A stretch of DNA of 25,511 bases, taken from positions 1 to 25,511 of IMG/VR virus record IMGVR_UViG_3300044267_002889; one strand, given 5' to 3'. The notes below the pieces were generated by a model. The model ran no database searches. It was not told the DNA's origin and was given only the letters and a program-made list of their open reading frames with translations. The DNA is from a virus. Lineage: Duplodnaviria > Caudoviricetes. Both the position numbers and the translations under genes were made by a program. This document shows, in pieces, positions 1-8,405 of the stretch; position 1 is the stretch's first letter; the number at the start of each line of letters is the position of its first letter.

Positions 1-93
1 AGAGAGGAAGCCTCCTCTGAGACAACAAAGTATGCTTCTAAGACTGAAGCGTCCAATGATGTTGAGGCTGCCCTCAAAGAACTGGCAGGCTAA
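1..93 (+). CDS. 3' end of a truncated upstream gene, possibly a phage ssDNA-binding protein (gp32-like tail)
   Basis: Frame 1 is open from base 1 (REEASSETTKYASKTEASNDVEAALKELAG) to TAA at 91-93. The SSB identity is a guess from the tail character and the position before the recombinase. Confidence 0.35.
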   Translation, partial: REEASSETTKYASKTEASNDVEAALKELAG

Positions 94-97
94 CTAT

Positions 98-123
98 GGG
101 GGGCTCACGCCCCCCTTCTTTTT
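98..123 (+). terminator. Intrinsic terminator-like hairpin
   Basis: GGGGGGC-TCAC-GCCCCCC (98-115) followed by TTCTTTTT, just after the upstream stop and abutting the AGGAG RBS of the recombinase. Confidence 0.75.
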
Positions 124-134
124 AAGGAGACACT

Positions 135-1235
135 ATGGCAAAAACAGGCAAGCTGTCCATGGCTGATATGCGTAAGCTGATTAACAAGCGAGCGGGTATG
201 ACTGTGGCGCACAACCTAAATGAGGAAAATCCAACCGAAGTTACGGATTGGATCCCTACAGGATCTAGGTGGCTAGATTCTATTATTTGTAAAGGAAAGT
301 TGGCTGGTATTCCAGTCGGCAAAGTAACGGAGATTGCAGGTCTTGAAGCAACAGGTAAATCATTCTTGGCAGCGCAAGTCGCAGCAAGCGCACAGAAAAA
401 AGGAATTGATGTTGTCTATTTCGACTCTGAGTCAGCTATTGACCCTGCGTTTTTGGAGAAGGCGGGATGCGATGTCAGTACTCTTTTATATGTTCAAGCT
501 CAGTCTGTTGAGTTTGTGCTCGAAACTATCGAAGACCTTTTGGTTAATAATGAAAATCGGATGCTTTTTATCTGGGATTCTCTTGCTCTTACACCTGCTA
601 TTTCCGACGTGGAAGGAGACTTTAATCCACAGTCTTCCATGGCAGTAAAGGCGAGGATCTTGGCTAAGGGTATGTCCAAACTGACTGTGCCTATTGCTAA
701 CAGCCAATCAACCTTCTTAGTGCTCAACCAACTGAAGAGCAACATCACTAGAAGCCCAAGCGAGGCGATGACTACCCCTTATGTCACTCCCGGTGGCAAG
801 GCTATGATCTATGCCTATTCTCTTCGTATCTGGCTTACAGGGCGAAAGGCAAAGGCATCATTCATTACTGACGAAAGCGGTTTCCGCATCGGCTCTGAGG
901 TTAAGGTCAAGCTGGAGAAGAGCAGGTTTGGAACACAAGGTCGGCAATGTAACTTTAAGATTCTATGGGGCACCGAAGACATCGGCGTCCAAGACGATCA
1001 AAGTTTGTTCGAGGCTATCAAGGGGTCAAACTATATGAGTAGTGCTGGCGCTTGGTATTCCTTGGAGATGGGCGACGGTAAAGTTGTAAAGTTCCAGCCC
1101 TCTAAGTGGGATGAGAAAATGCAAGACCCTACCTTTAAGCAACGAGTCTACGATGTCATGGACGAGGAAGTAATCCAGAAGTTTGACAAGCGATTGGGCA
1201 AGGCTGAAGATTTTTATGAAGAAAAGGATGAATAA
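135..1235 (+). CDS. recA: RecA/UvsX-like recombinase
   Basis: IPTGS..LD, Walker A GLEATGKS, FDSE, Walker B region IWDS, VLNQL, TPGGKA..Y...R, KVKLEKSR, GAWY; AGGAG RBS at 125-129. Confidence 0.95.
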   Translation: MAKTGKLSMADMRKLINKRAGMTVAHNLNEENPTEVTDWIPTGSRWLDSIICKGKLAGIPVGKVTEIAGLEATGKSFLAAQVAASAQKKGIDVVYFDSESAIDPAFLEKAGCDVSTLLYVQAQSVEFVLETIEDLLVNNENRMLFIWDSLALTPAISDVEGDFNPQSSMAVKARILAKGMSKLTVPIANSQSTFLVLNQLKSNITRSPSEAMTTPYVTPGGKAMIYAYSLRIWLTGRKAKASFITDESGFRIGSEVKVKLEKSRFGTQGRQCNFKILWGTEDIGVQDDQSLFEAIKGSNYMSSAGAWYSLEMGDGKVVKFQPSKWDEKMQDPTFKQRVYDVMDEEVIQKFDKRLGKAEDFYEEKDE

Positions 1236-1275
1236 ACTTTTCTAAATCCCGTCTAATAAAAGAACGGAGGTTAAT

Positions 1276-1602
1276 ATGAAAAGAATCATCACCCTATCTT
1301 TATTTCTCGCACTCCTGTCAGGTTGTGCTTTTGCCCACCCCACCCACAAACCCCACTACGAGTATGAAGAACACTACATCGTGTACCCCTCGTACTATGT
1401 AGTCTATGAATACTATGACCATTACTGGCACACCCACAGCAGCCACTATCATAGTCATCCCTATAAATATAAAGGGCATAGCCACTTCAAAAAGAAGTAC
1501 AAAAAGAAGTACAAGAAAAAGTATTACAAAAAGAAATACAAGAAGAAAAAGTACAAGAAGTACAAAAAGTACAAAAAGAAAAAATATTCCCACCACCACT
1601 AA
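1276..1602 (+). CDS. Predicted lipoprotein/secreted low-complexity His/Tyr/Lys-rich protein
   Basis: GGAGG RBS; signal peptide MKRIITLSLFLALLSGC with lipobox-like LSGC; then a His/Tyr-rich segment and a KKKY-repeat tail. Confidence 0.65.
   Translation: MKRIITLSLFLALLSGCAFAHPTHKPHYEYEEHYIVYPSYYVVYEYYDHYWHTHSSHYHSHPYKYKGHSHFKKKYKKKYKKKYYKKKYKKKKYKKYKKYKKKKYSHHH
1491..1588 (+). repeat. Imperfect tandem coding repeat (AAR-AAR-AAR-TAY; KKKY units)
   Basis: aaagaagtac aaaaagaagt acaagaaaaa gtattacaaa aagaaataca agaagaaaaa gtac...; synonymous variation between units. Confidence 0.8.
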
Positions 1603-1608
1603 AATCAC

Positions 1609-1637
1609 TTGACATTCCCCCCACATTTTGATAAAGT
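1609..1637 (+). promoter_or_regulatory. sigma70-type promoter
   Basis: TTGACA (1609-1614), 17-nt spacer ending in TG-n, TAAAGT (1632-1637); intergenic. Confidence 0.75.
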
Positions 1638-1709
1638 AACCCCATCGTCGGAGTAAAAACGCAAACGGCGACATAGTTATGTCCAACTAACATTTAGGAG
1701 GACATTATC

Positions 1710-1895
1710 GTGAGCGATCTAGAAAGTCTCAAAGAGAGGCTAGAAAAGATTACAGATCTAGTGGCAGAAGCCCACTATTATATTGAAGCTCTAGAAGAAG
1801 AAAACTATGTTGATTCCGACGACGAGAACAAGTTAAATGAGGAACTTGAAAAAATCCTCAAAGACTTAGGCATCGAGTTGGAGTATGACGAATAA
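1710..1895 (+). CDS. Small acidic, probably helical hypothetical protein
   Basis: GTG start with AGGAGG RBS (1696-1701); 61 aa, Glu/Asp/Leu-rich; overlaps the next gene. Confidence 0.7.
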   Translation: MSDLESLKERLEKITDLVAEAHYYIEALEEENYVDSDDENKLNEELEKILKDLGIELEYDE

Positions 1896-2853
1896 AAGAG
1901 TATTATTAATTGACGCACTTAATCTTTTCATGAGAAACTACATTGTAGACCCAAGCCTGTCTACAAATGGTCAACCCATCGGGGGAACAAAAGGCTTCAT
2001 CAAATCCCTACAATCTGTTTGTAGAACAATCAACCCAGACCTTATCTTCGTTGCGTGGGACGGCGGCTCTCAAAAGCGCAAGTCTATTGACAAGAACTAC
2101 AAGGCTGGTCGCAAACCCGTTCGCCTTAACAGAGACATACACAACATGACTGCTGGCGAGCAGGAAGACAATAAGAACTGGCAACAAGAGAGGATTATTG
2201 AGTATCTTAACGAGATGCCAATAATGCAGTCGTATGTTGAGAATGTGGAGGCTGACGACATCATTGCCTTGGCATCTCAGTCTCAGGCACTATCGGAAGA
2301 CTACAAGATTATCCTAAGCTCTGATAAGGACTTCATCCAGTTATGCGACGACACAACTATTCTATACAGACCAATCCAAAAAGAGATTCTCAACAAGAAA
2401 AGAATCCTAGAGCAGTTTGAGATCCATCCAACAAACTTCGCACTTGCTAGAGCAATCGCAGGTGACAAGAGTGACAACCTTCCCGGTATCGGCGGAGCGG
2501 GTTTGGCGACTGTATCTAAGCGATTTCCTTTCCTTTCTGAGGAAAAATCATACACCATACAAGAATTAGTTGAGTATGCTGAAGGCGTTGACAGTAAACT
2601 CAAGGTGTACAAGAACATCGTTGAGAAGCAAGCGCTAGTTGAAAAGAATTATAAGATGATGCAGTTATACGCCCCTAACATCTCAGCCCTAAGCGCACAG
2701 CATATTAGGAGAATGTTGAACGACCCTGCGCTAAACTTTAATAAGTCTGGGGTTAGAGCGATGATGATAGAAGATGGCTTTGGTGCTTATGACTGGAATG
2801 ATTTGTTCGCACTCTTTAACAAAATGGTAGTACAGAGCAAGGAAGGAAAATGA
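1885..2853 (+). CDS. 5'-3' exonuclease / flap endonuclease (PolI N-terminal / T4 RNase H-like)
   Basis: LLIDALN, AWDG, R...YKAGR, EADDII, SSDKDFIQL, GDKSDNLPGIGG.G motifs. Confidence 0.93.
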   Translation: MTNKRVLLIDALNLFMRNYIVDPSLSTNGQPIGGTKGFIKSLQSVCRTINPDLIFVAWDGGSQKRKSIDKNYKAGRKPVRLNRDIHNMTAGEQEDNKNWQQERIIEYLNEMPIMQSYVENVEADDIIALASQSQALSEDYKIILSSDKDFIQLCDDTTILYRPIQKEILNKKRILEQFEIHPTNFALARAIAGDKSDNLPGIGGAGLATVSKRFPFLSEEKSYTIQELVEYAEGVDSKLKVYKNIVEKQALVEKNYKMMQLYAPNISALSAQHIRRMLNDPALNFNKSGVRAMMIEDGFGAYDWNDLFALFNKMVVQSKEGK

Positions 2854-4199
2854 CAGACAAAACAGATTTCTCCAGATTTGGTAAAACATTTCAAGATAAA
2901 CTGACTTATCTTATCTTGACTGAGAGAGTATTCGCAGACCAGATCGGAGAGGTATTGAACTTCAACTTCCTAGAGTTCAAATATCTTCAGTCAATAGTGA
3001 GAAGTATCTACGACTATAAAGAAAAGTATGAAGTGTACCCATCACTTAAGATTATGGCTACCCTCATTAAGAATGATATTGCTGATGATGTGGTGAAAGA
3101 GCAAGCCAGAGAATACTTACTAAGTGTGCTAAACGATCACTCTATTATAGAGGATTGCGATTATGTCAAGGAGACTTCGCTTGATTTCTGTAAGAAGCAG
3201 AAGTTAAAAGAGGCGATGATGCAGTCGGTAAAACTGCTCAACAGTTCTTCTTTTGACGAGATCAGCACAGTAATTAACGATGCTTTGAAACTGGGAACCG
3301 ATGTAAACTTCGGCTACGACTACAAGCAGGACTTTGAAGAAAGGTTTAAGATTAAACAAAGAAACCCCGTCACAACAGGCTGGAAACAGATAGATGGGAT
3401 TTGTAAGGAAGGGCTAGGTAATGGAGAGTTGGGTGTTGTCATTGCTCCAACTGGGGCTGGTAAATCTATGGCTCTGGTACATCTTGGGGCAGAAGCAGTA
3501 AAACTAGGCAAGACAGTCATTCATTATAGTCTTGAGATGGCTGATACATCTATCGCTGGTCGCTATGATAGTTGTATCACGGGTGTCAAGCTGAAGGATA
3601 TGTTTCACTTCAAAGAGCAGATTTATGATAAGGTTAAGGATATTGAAGGAAATGTAATCATAAAAGAATATCCAACAAAAACAGCAACTACGACGACAAT
3701 CAAAAATCATTTGGAAAGAATCAAATCCAGAGGCATAGATATAGATATGATCATTGTTGACTATGCTGACCTTCTAAAACCTATAACTACCAGAAGAACC
3801 AGCGAGAAAAGACACGATCTGGAATCTATATATGAAGAGCTTCGAGGTCTATCTCAGGTCTTTGAGTGTCCAATCTGGACTGCCTCGCAAACAAACAGAA
3901 GTGGTTTGAACGCCGAAGTTATCACAATGGAAGCAATCTCGGAAGCGTTTAATAAATGTTTCGTGGCTGATTTCATCTTTACCATTTCTAGAACGAAAGA
4001 AGACAAAATAGCAAACAAGGGTACACTCTTTGTAGCTAAGAACAGGAATGGTCCTGACGGGCTAGTGTTCCCCATTATGATGGATACTTCAAATGTGAAG
4101 ATAAAAGTCTTGCCTATGGGCATTGCTGGCAACACAGTTGCCCCATCCGTAAGAACACAGAGTGAATCGTTGAGAGAGAAATATAAAAAACTAAAATAA
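2850..4199 (+). CDS. dnaB: Replicative SF4 helicase (DnaB/gp41-like)
   Basis: TTGW..ID, Walker A APTGAGKS, SLEM, IIVDYAD, TASQTNR, KNRNG; ATGA overlap with the upstream gene. Confidence 0.93.
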   Translation: MTDKTDFSRFGKTFQDKLTYLILTERVFADQIGEVLNFNFLEFKYLQSIVRSIYDYKEKYEVYPSLKIMATLIKNDIADDVVKEQAREYLLSVLNDHSIIEDCDYVKETSLDFCKKQKLKEAMMQSVKLLNSSSFDEISTVINDALKLGTDVNFGYDYKQDFEERFKIKQRNPVTTGWKQIDGICKEGLGNGELGVVIAPTGAGKSMALVHLGAEAVKLGKTVIHYSLEMADTSIAGRYDSCITGVKLKDMFHFKEQIYDKVKDIEGNVIIKEYPTKTATTTTIKNHLERIKSRGIDIDMIIVDYADLLKPITTRRTSEKRHDLESIYEELRGLSQVFECPIWTASQTNRSGLNAEVITMEAISEAFNKCFVADFIFTISRTKEDKIANKGTLFVAKNRNGPDGLVFPIMMDTSNVKIKVLPMGIAGNTVAPSVRTQSESLREKYKKLK

Positions 4200-4210
4200 G
4201 AGGTAAACGA

Positions 4211-6079
4211 ATGACAGACAAAGATAAGGTGGCACGAGATATTCTGTCGGACATCACCGTCCATATGAAGTACGCCAGATACATGCCAGAAAAAGAAAGA
4301 AGAGAGACGTGGACAGAAATCGTTAATAGAAACAAAGCAATGCATATTAAGAGCTACCCAGATCTTAGAGAAGAGATTGAGTCTGCCTACAAGATGGTAT
4401 ATGATAAAAAAGTTTTGCCATCAATGCGCTCAATGCAGTTTGGGGGAAAGCCCATTGAGGTTGCACCCAACCGCATATATAACTGTGCCTTTGCCCCGAT
4501 TGATGATCACAGGGTGTTTAGCGAGATTATGTTCTTGCTGCTCGGAGGAACCGGAGTTGGGTATAGTGTACAAAAGCACCATGTAGAAAAGCTACCAGAG
4601 ATTCAAAAGCCAGCATCCAAAAGGACCCGCCGCTTTTTAGTAAATGATTCCATAGAGGGTTGGGCTGATGCGGTGAAGGCTCTTGTGCAATCCTATTTTA
4701 AGGGCGGCTCAAAGTTGAGATTTGATTACTCTGACATTAGACCCAAGGGCGCTCGCCTTGTTACATCTGGCGGTAAAGCACCGGGTCCTCAACCTCTCAA
4801 GGAGTGTTTGGTTAAGCTACAAGGTATGTTCGAGGCAAAAGAAAACGGAGACAAGCTATCCACTATTGAAGCACACGATATGATCTGTCATATTGCTGAC
4901 GCAGTGCTGGCTGGTGGTATTCGTCGTGCTGCTTTGATCTCGCTATTCTCTGCTGACGACAACGAAATGATTGCCGCCAAGACAGGCAATTGGTGGGAGA
5001 CAGCCCCACAGAGAGGCAGAGCTAACAATTCTGTTGTGCTCCTCCGACACCGCATCACGAAAGAATACTTCCAAGATCTTTGGGAGAGGGTAAAGGAGTC
5101 AGGCAGTGGAGAGCCCGGATTTTATTTTTCAAACGATAAAGACTGGGGAACTAATCCTTGCTGCGAGATTGCCCTCCGCCCCTATCAGTTTTGTAATCTA
5201 ACGGAAGTCAATGTAAGCGATGTGGATAGTCAAGGCGAGTTGAATAGCCGGGTAAAAGCTGCTGCACTTATCGGGACACTTCAAGCTGGCTATACCGACT
5301 TCCATTATCTTCGTGATGTGTGGAGGAGGACTACTGAAAAGGAGGCGCTGATCGGTGTAAGTATGACTGGCATTGCATCTGGCAAGGTATTAGGTTTGGA
5401 TACGACAGAGGCAGCCAAGGTTGTTAAGTTGGAAAATCAAAGAGTAGCGAAGCTCCTAGACATAAACACAGCAGCTAGAACAACAACAGTAAAGCCAGCA
5501 GGGACAACTTCTCTGGCTCTTGGAACCTCTAGCGGTATCCATGCTTGGCATAATGATTATTACATCCGTCGTCTCCGTGTAGGCAAGAACGAAGCAATTT
5601 ACACTTATCTGTCCATCTATCATCCAGATATGGTTGAGGATGAATACTTCAGACCACACGACACAGCCGTCATTTCTATTCCACAAAAGGCACCTGAAGG
5701 AGCCATTATGAGAACAGAAAGCGCCTTGCAGTTGCTCAGAAGAGTAGCCAAGATTAGCAACGATTGGGTTAATCCCGGCACTCGAAGTGGACAGAACACC
5801 CACAATGTGTCTGCCACTATCTCGATCAAGGAAGCAGAATGGGCTGATGTTGGCGAATGGATGTGGGAGAACAGGAAAGTTTACAACGGTCTATCAGTAT
5901 TACCATACGACGGCGGGACCTATAAGCAAGCGCCATTTGAAGATTGCTCTAAGGAAACCTATGAAGCTATGCTGGCGACCCTAGAGGAAGTAGACCTCAC
6001 AAAAGTTATAGAGGTAGACGACAACACAGACCTATCAGGTGAACTTGCTTGTGCTGGTGGCGCATGTGAAATAACTTAA
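4211..6079 (+). CDS. nrdJ: Class II (adenosylcobalamin-dependent) ribonucleotide reductase
   Basis: KYAR...RETW, PSMR, YNC, GTGVG, GGIRRAA, ANNS, GEPG, TNPCCEI...FCNLTEVN, VKPAGT, QAPFE and C-terminal CAGGACE; no small-subunit gene in the window. Confidence 0.9.
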   Translation: MTDKDKVARDILSDITVHMKYARYMPEKERRETWTEIVNRNKAMHIKSYPDLREEIESAYKMVYDKKVLPSMRSMQFGGKPIEVAPNRIYNCAFAPIDDHRVFSEIMFLLLGGTGVGYSVQKHHVEKLPEIQKPASKRTRRFLVNDSIEGWADAVKALVQSYFKGGSKLRFDYSDIRPKGARLVTSGGKAPGPQPLKECLVKLQGMFEAKENGDKLSTIEAHDMICHIADAVLAGGIRRAALISLFSADDNEMIAAKTGNWWETAPQRGRANNSVVLLRHRITKEYFQDLWERVKESGSGEPGFYFSNDKDWGTNPCCEIALRPYQFCNLTEVNVSDVDSQGELNSRVKAAALIGTLQAGYTDFHYLRDVWRRTTEKEALIGVSMTGIASGKVLGLDTTEAAKVVKLENQRVAKLLDINTAARTTTVKPAGTTSLALGTSSGIHAWHNDYYIRRLRVGKNEAIYTYLSIYHPDMVEDEYFRPHDTAVISIPQKAPEGAIMRTESALQLLRRVAKISNDWVNPGTRSGQNTHNVSATISIKEAEWADVGEWMWENRKVYNGLSVLPYDGGTYKQAPFEDCSKETYEAMLATLEEVDLTKVIEVDDNTDLSGELACAGGACEIT

Positions 6080-6087
6080 AAAAGTGC

Positions 6088-6115
6088 TTGACATTTTCAT
6101 AGAAATGTATATTAT
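6088..6115 (+). promoter_or_regulatory. sigma70-type promoter
   Basis: TTGACA (6088-6093), 16-nt spacer, TATTAT (6110-6115); intergenic, ahead of a GGAGG RBS. Confidence 0.65.
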
Positions 6116-6146
6116 GTATATGTAACTTAGACAACCGGAGGAAAGA

Positions 6147-6392
6147 ATGTCTGACGACAAAACTAAACAAGAGTATATTGGAAACTTTATTCGTGCTCTC
6201 GCAGAGGTAGAGGCAGAGATGCTGCCTTACCAAGAGCACCGTAAAGATCTCAAGAAGAGCTATGTTCAGAATGGCTGGCTTAGTAAAGACGAGATGTCAT
6301 CTGCCATACGTGCCTATCGTATGTTAAAGAACGATGAGGATATTGAGCAACTTCTTGATATGTACGAGAAAGTAGCTAAGGTTCCATACTAG
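6147..6392 (+). CDS. Small dsDNA-binding protein, T4 DsbA / GapR (DUF2312)-like
   Basis: 81 aa helical pattern FIRALAEVEAE...RKDLKKSY..NG.....MSSAIRAYRM resembling the GapR/DsbA fold; recognised by pattern only. Confidence 0.55.
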   Translation: MSDDKTKQEYIGNFIRALAEVEAEMLPYQEHRKDLKKSYVQNGWLSKDEMSSAIRAYRMLKNDEDIEQLLDMYEKVAKVPY

Positions 6393-6400
6393 GGGGCAAG

Positions 6401-6703
6401 ATGAGATTTAATCCACAGAACAGATACCTGCTAGTTAAAACCCAAAAGCAAGAGGACGCCGAGAATACCGGCGTTCTTTTGCCCGAGGGCTATGTGATTC
6501 CCAAAGACAAGTATGTTGTGGCAACAGTTTTGGCTTCCGCAGCAGATTGTAAGCGAGATAGCATTTACAACAAACTTCTTTATCAGCAAGGAACAAAAGT
6601 CGTTATTGACGCATCTATGGTTGAAAGCGTAAGCGTAGCGGGGGATGAGCACGAAATCGTTCTTGAAAACTATGTTGTAGGAATGTTTGTAGAGGAAGAA
6701 TAA
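6401..6703 (+). CDS. groES: Divergent GroES-like co-chaperonin
   Basis: 100 aa; F.P..RYLLVK, mobile loop TGVLLPE, ATVLA, G.KVV, V.V.G.EH.IV.E..VVG follow the Cpn10 layout. Confidence 0.75.
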   Translation: MRFNPQNRYLLVKTQKQEDAENTGVLLPEGYVIPKDKYVVATVLASAADCKRDSIYNKLLYQQGTKVVIDASMVESVSVAGDEHEIVLENYVVGMFVEEE

Positions 6704-6761
6704 ATAATGTCTTTTTCTATACTTAAGGACTATTTACAAACGAAGTCACACAAGTGACAGA

Positions 6762-6788
6762 AAGGCACTCCCCGTGCCTTATTTTTTT
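6762..6788 (+). terminator. Intrinsic terminator
   Basis: AAGGCAC-TCCCC-GTGCCTT (6762-6780) followed by ATTTTTTT. Confidence 0.8.
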
Positions 6789-6806
6789 GTAAAGAGGTGA
6801 ATTTTA

Positions 6807-7130
6807 ATGAAAGCTGCTATTATTGTTATTGCTGGTATTATGGCAACGGCGGGTCCCGTGTTTGCAGAACAACCAAAGAATGTTGAGCATATCACATACA
6901 AGATTAAGATTGATAAGGACGAAGACTTTGAGCAACTTCTTGAAGAGAACGAAGAACTTTTTAAGCAGTTGAATAATCAAAACCTGTTTACTAACTGGAC
7001 TAAAAAAGAATCCGACATCCCAAAAGATGCTTCTGAATCCTTTAAAAAGCCCTCGTTTGATGATAATGTAGAAGAGAACAAAGAAGAAACTGACTACATT
7101 AAATGCGGAAAAATCACCACTACAAAGTAA
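6807..7130 (+). CDS. Hypothetical secreted protein
   Basis: GAGGTG RBS; Sec-type signal MKAAIIVIAGIMATAGPVFA followed by a charged mature region. Confidence 0.65.
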   Translation: MKAAIIVIAGIMATAGPVFAEQPKNVEHITYKIKIDKDEDFEQLLEENEELFKQLNNQNLFTNWTKKESDIPKDASESFKKPSFDDNVEENKEETDYIKCGKITTTK

Positions 7131-7978
7131 ATAAACTTGTAATAGGCACTGACCTTTCTGCCTTAATCTACGCTTACCTAAACAACCACACATTCATTTT
7201 TAAGGAAGTTATTGAGCCAACACCATTTGAGTTTCTGCCTCTTGACTTCCCACTACATTTATTCAACCACGAGAAAATAGAGATAAACATGACCAGCCTA
7301 GACGGAACCGCCAAGTTTGGAACACCCAAGCTAGAACTGTGGAACCGACTAGTATTTGTCATGTCTTGCTCTGGTCTACTTCCGTTCGGGCTGAAAGACA
7401 TAACGATCAGAGAAGAGAACGATCTGGCTGTAGTTAAGACCAAATCCCGCAACTACTACTACGAAGTCGGCGAGGTCATAAAGATTAAAAATACTTTCCA
7501 CAAGTATAAAGTTTTTGACTGGATAGACATTAGATCTTGTGGGAACAACCACTTAGAATATGTAAAGACGGATGACAACTTTGTGTCCGAAATGTTTTTC
7601 TACCCCTCGCAGAGAAACGGAACGACACAACGCAATAACGATCTTCTAGTCATTTCAGATTTAACTGAAGCGCAGACACAAATATTTGATTACGGTGAAA
7701 CAATGGCAAGAATAAGAGCTAAGGTCTTGCTACATGAAATGGGAATCAGAGGTCCACGCAACGGAAAAAACCCAACCTATCCGAAATCACCAGAGAGATA
7801 TAAATACGCACCCATAAAACTGGAGCACAGTCACAGAGAGATAAGAAGAAACAAGACAAATAACAGCGAGTTAGATGTAGTCCAATCTCATTTAAATGAG
7901 GGCAAAAACCTTTCCGAGTATACTTATCTATATAAGTTCAACAGAAGAGTTTCCCAAGGGAGTCTCCTAAGAACATGA
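7103..7978 (+). CDS. Hypothetical protein with degenerate N-terminal Rossmann/FAD-binding-like motif
   Basis: 291-aa ORF; KLVIGTDLSALIYAY resembles the beta-alpha VIGxGxxGLxxA motif with the glycines lost. Confidence 0.6.
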   Translation: MRKNHHYKVNKLVIGTDLSALIYAYLNNHTFIFKEVIEPTPFEFLPLDFPLHLFNHEKIEINMTSLDGTAKFGTPKLELWNRLVFVMSCSGLLPFGLKDITIREENDLAVVKTKSRNYYYEVGEVIKIKNTFHKYKVFDWIDIRSCGNNHLEYVKTDDNFVSEMFFYPSQRNGTTQRNNDLLVISDLTEAQTQIFDYGETMARIRAKVLLHEMGIRGPRNGKNPTYPKSPERYKYAPIKLEHSHREIRRNKTNNSELDVVQSHLNEGKNLSEYTYLYKFNRRVSQGSLLRT

Positions 7979-8001
7979 AGACAAGGAAGGGAGGAAGAAC
8001 T

Positions 8002-8403
8002 ATGTCAGGTGCAGCAGCAGTAGGTGGCGGTGGTAGCGGCGGAGCAGCCGCAGCGCCAGCCTCTGGTCAAAGAGTCACCCCATCAGATGGTGGGGCAGCA
8101 GTAGGAAGTGAAAATAATAAAGGTGTTGAAATGGGTGGCACACCCGAGGGCGGTAATGACGGTCAGTCCATCAACATTAACATTACTAATGAAGTAAGTT
8201 CTTTTCAAAACATGAGTTCAGAGCAGAGCCTTCAGATTGGTAGCGGCGGATCCGAAATGGGTCAAATGGGCGAATCCGGTCAGATGGATATGGAAAAGAT
8301 GATGAAGCTTATTATGATGATGATTATGATGAAGATGATGGAAAAGATGATGGAGCAAATGGGCGGCGGCGCAGAAGGCGGCGCTTCAATGATGGGCGGT
8401 TAA
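8002..8403 (+). CDS. Gly/Ser/Met-rich low-complexity protein
   Basis: GGAGG RBS (7990-7994) favours ATG 8002 over 7975; C-terminal MDMEKMMKLIMMMIMMKMMEKMMEQM; fills the gap between flanking genes. Confidence 0.7.
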   Translation: MSGAAAVGGGGSGGAAAAPASGQRVTPSDGGAAVGSENNKGVEMGGTPEGGNDGQSININITNEVSSFQNMSSEQSLQIGSGGSEMGQMGESGQMDMEKMMKLIMMMIMMKMMEKMMEQMGGGAEGGASMMGG

Positions 8404-8405
8404 AT

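Noticed and set aside
1318-1693. Minus-strand hydrophobic ORF (VLFVLL...) and FCTS-repeat ORF
   Set aside because: Both are reverse-complement readings of the KKKY repeat; the + strand ORF has the RBS and signal peptide.
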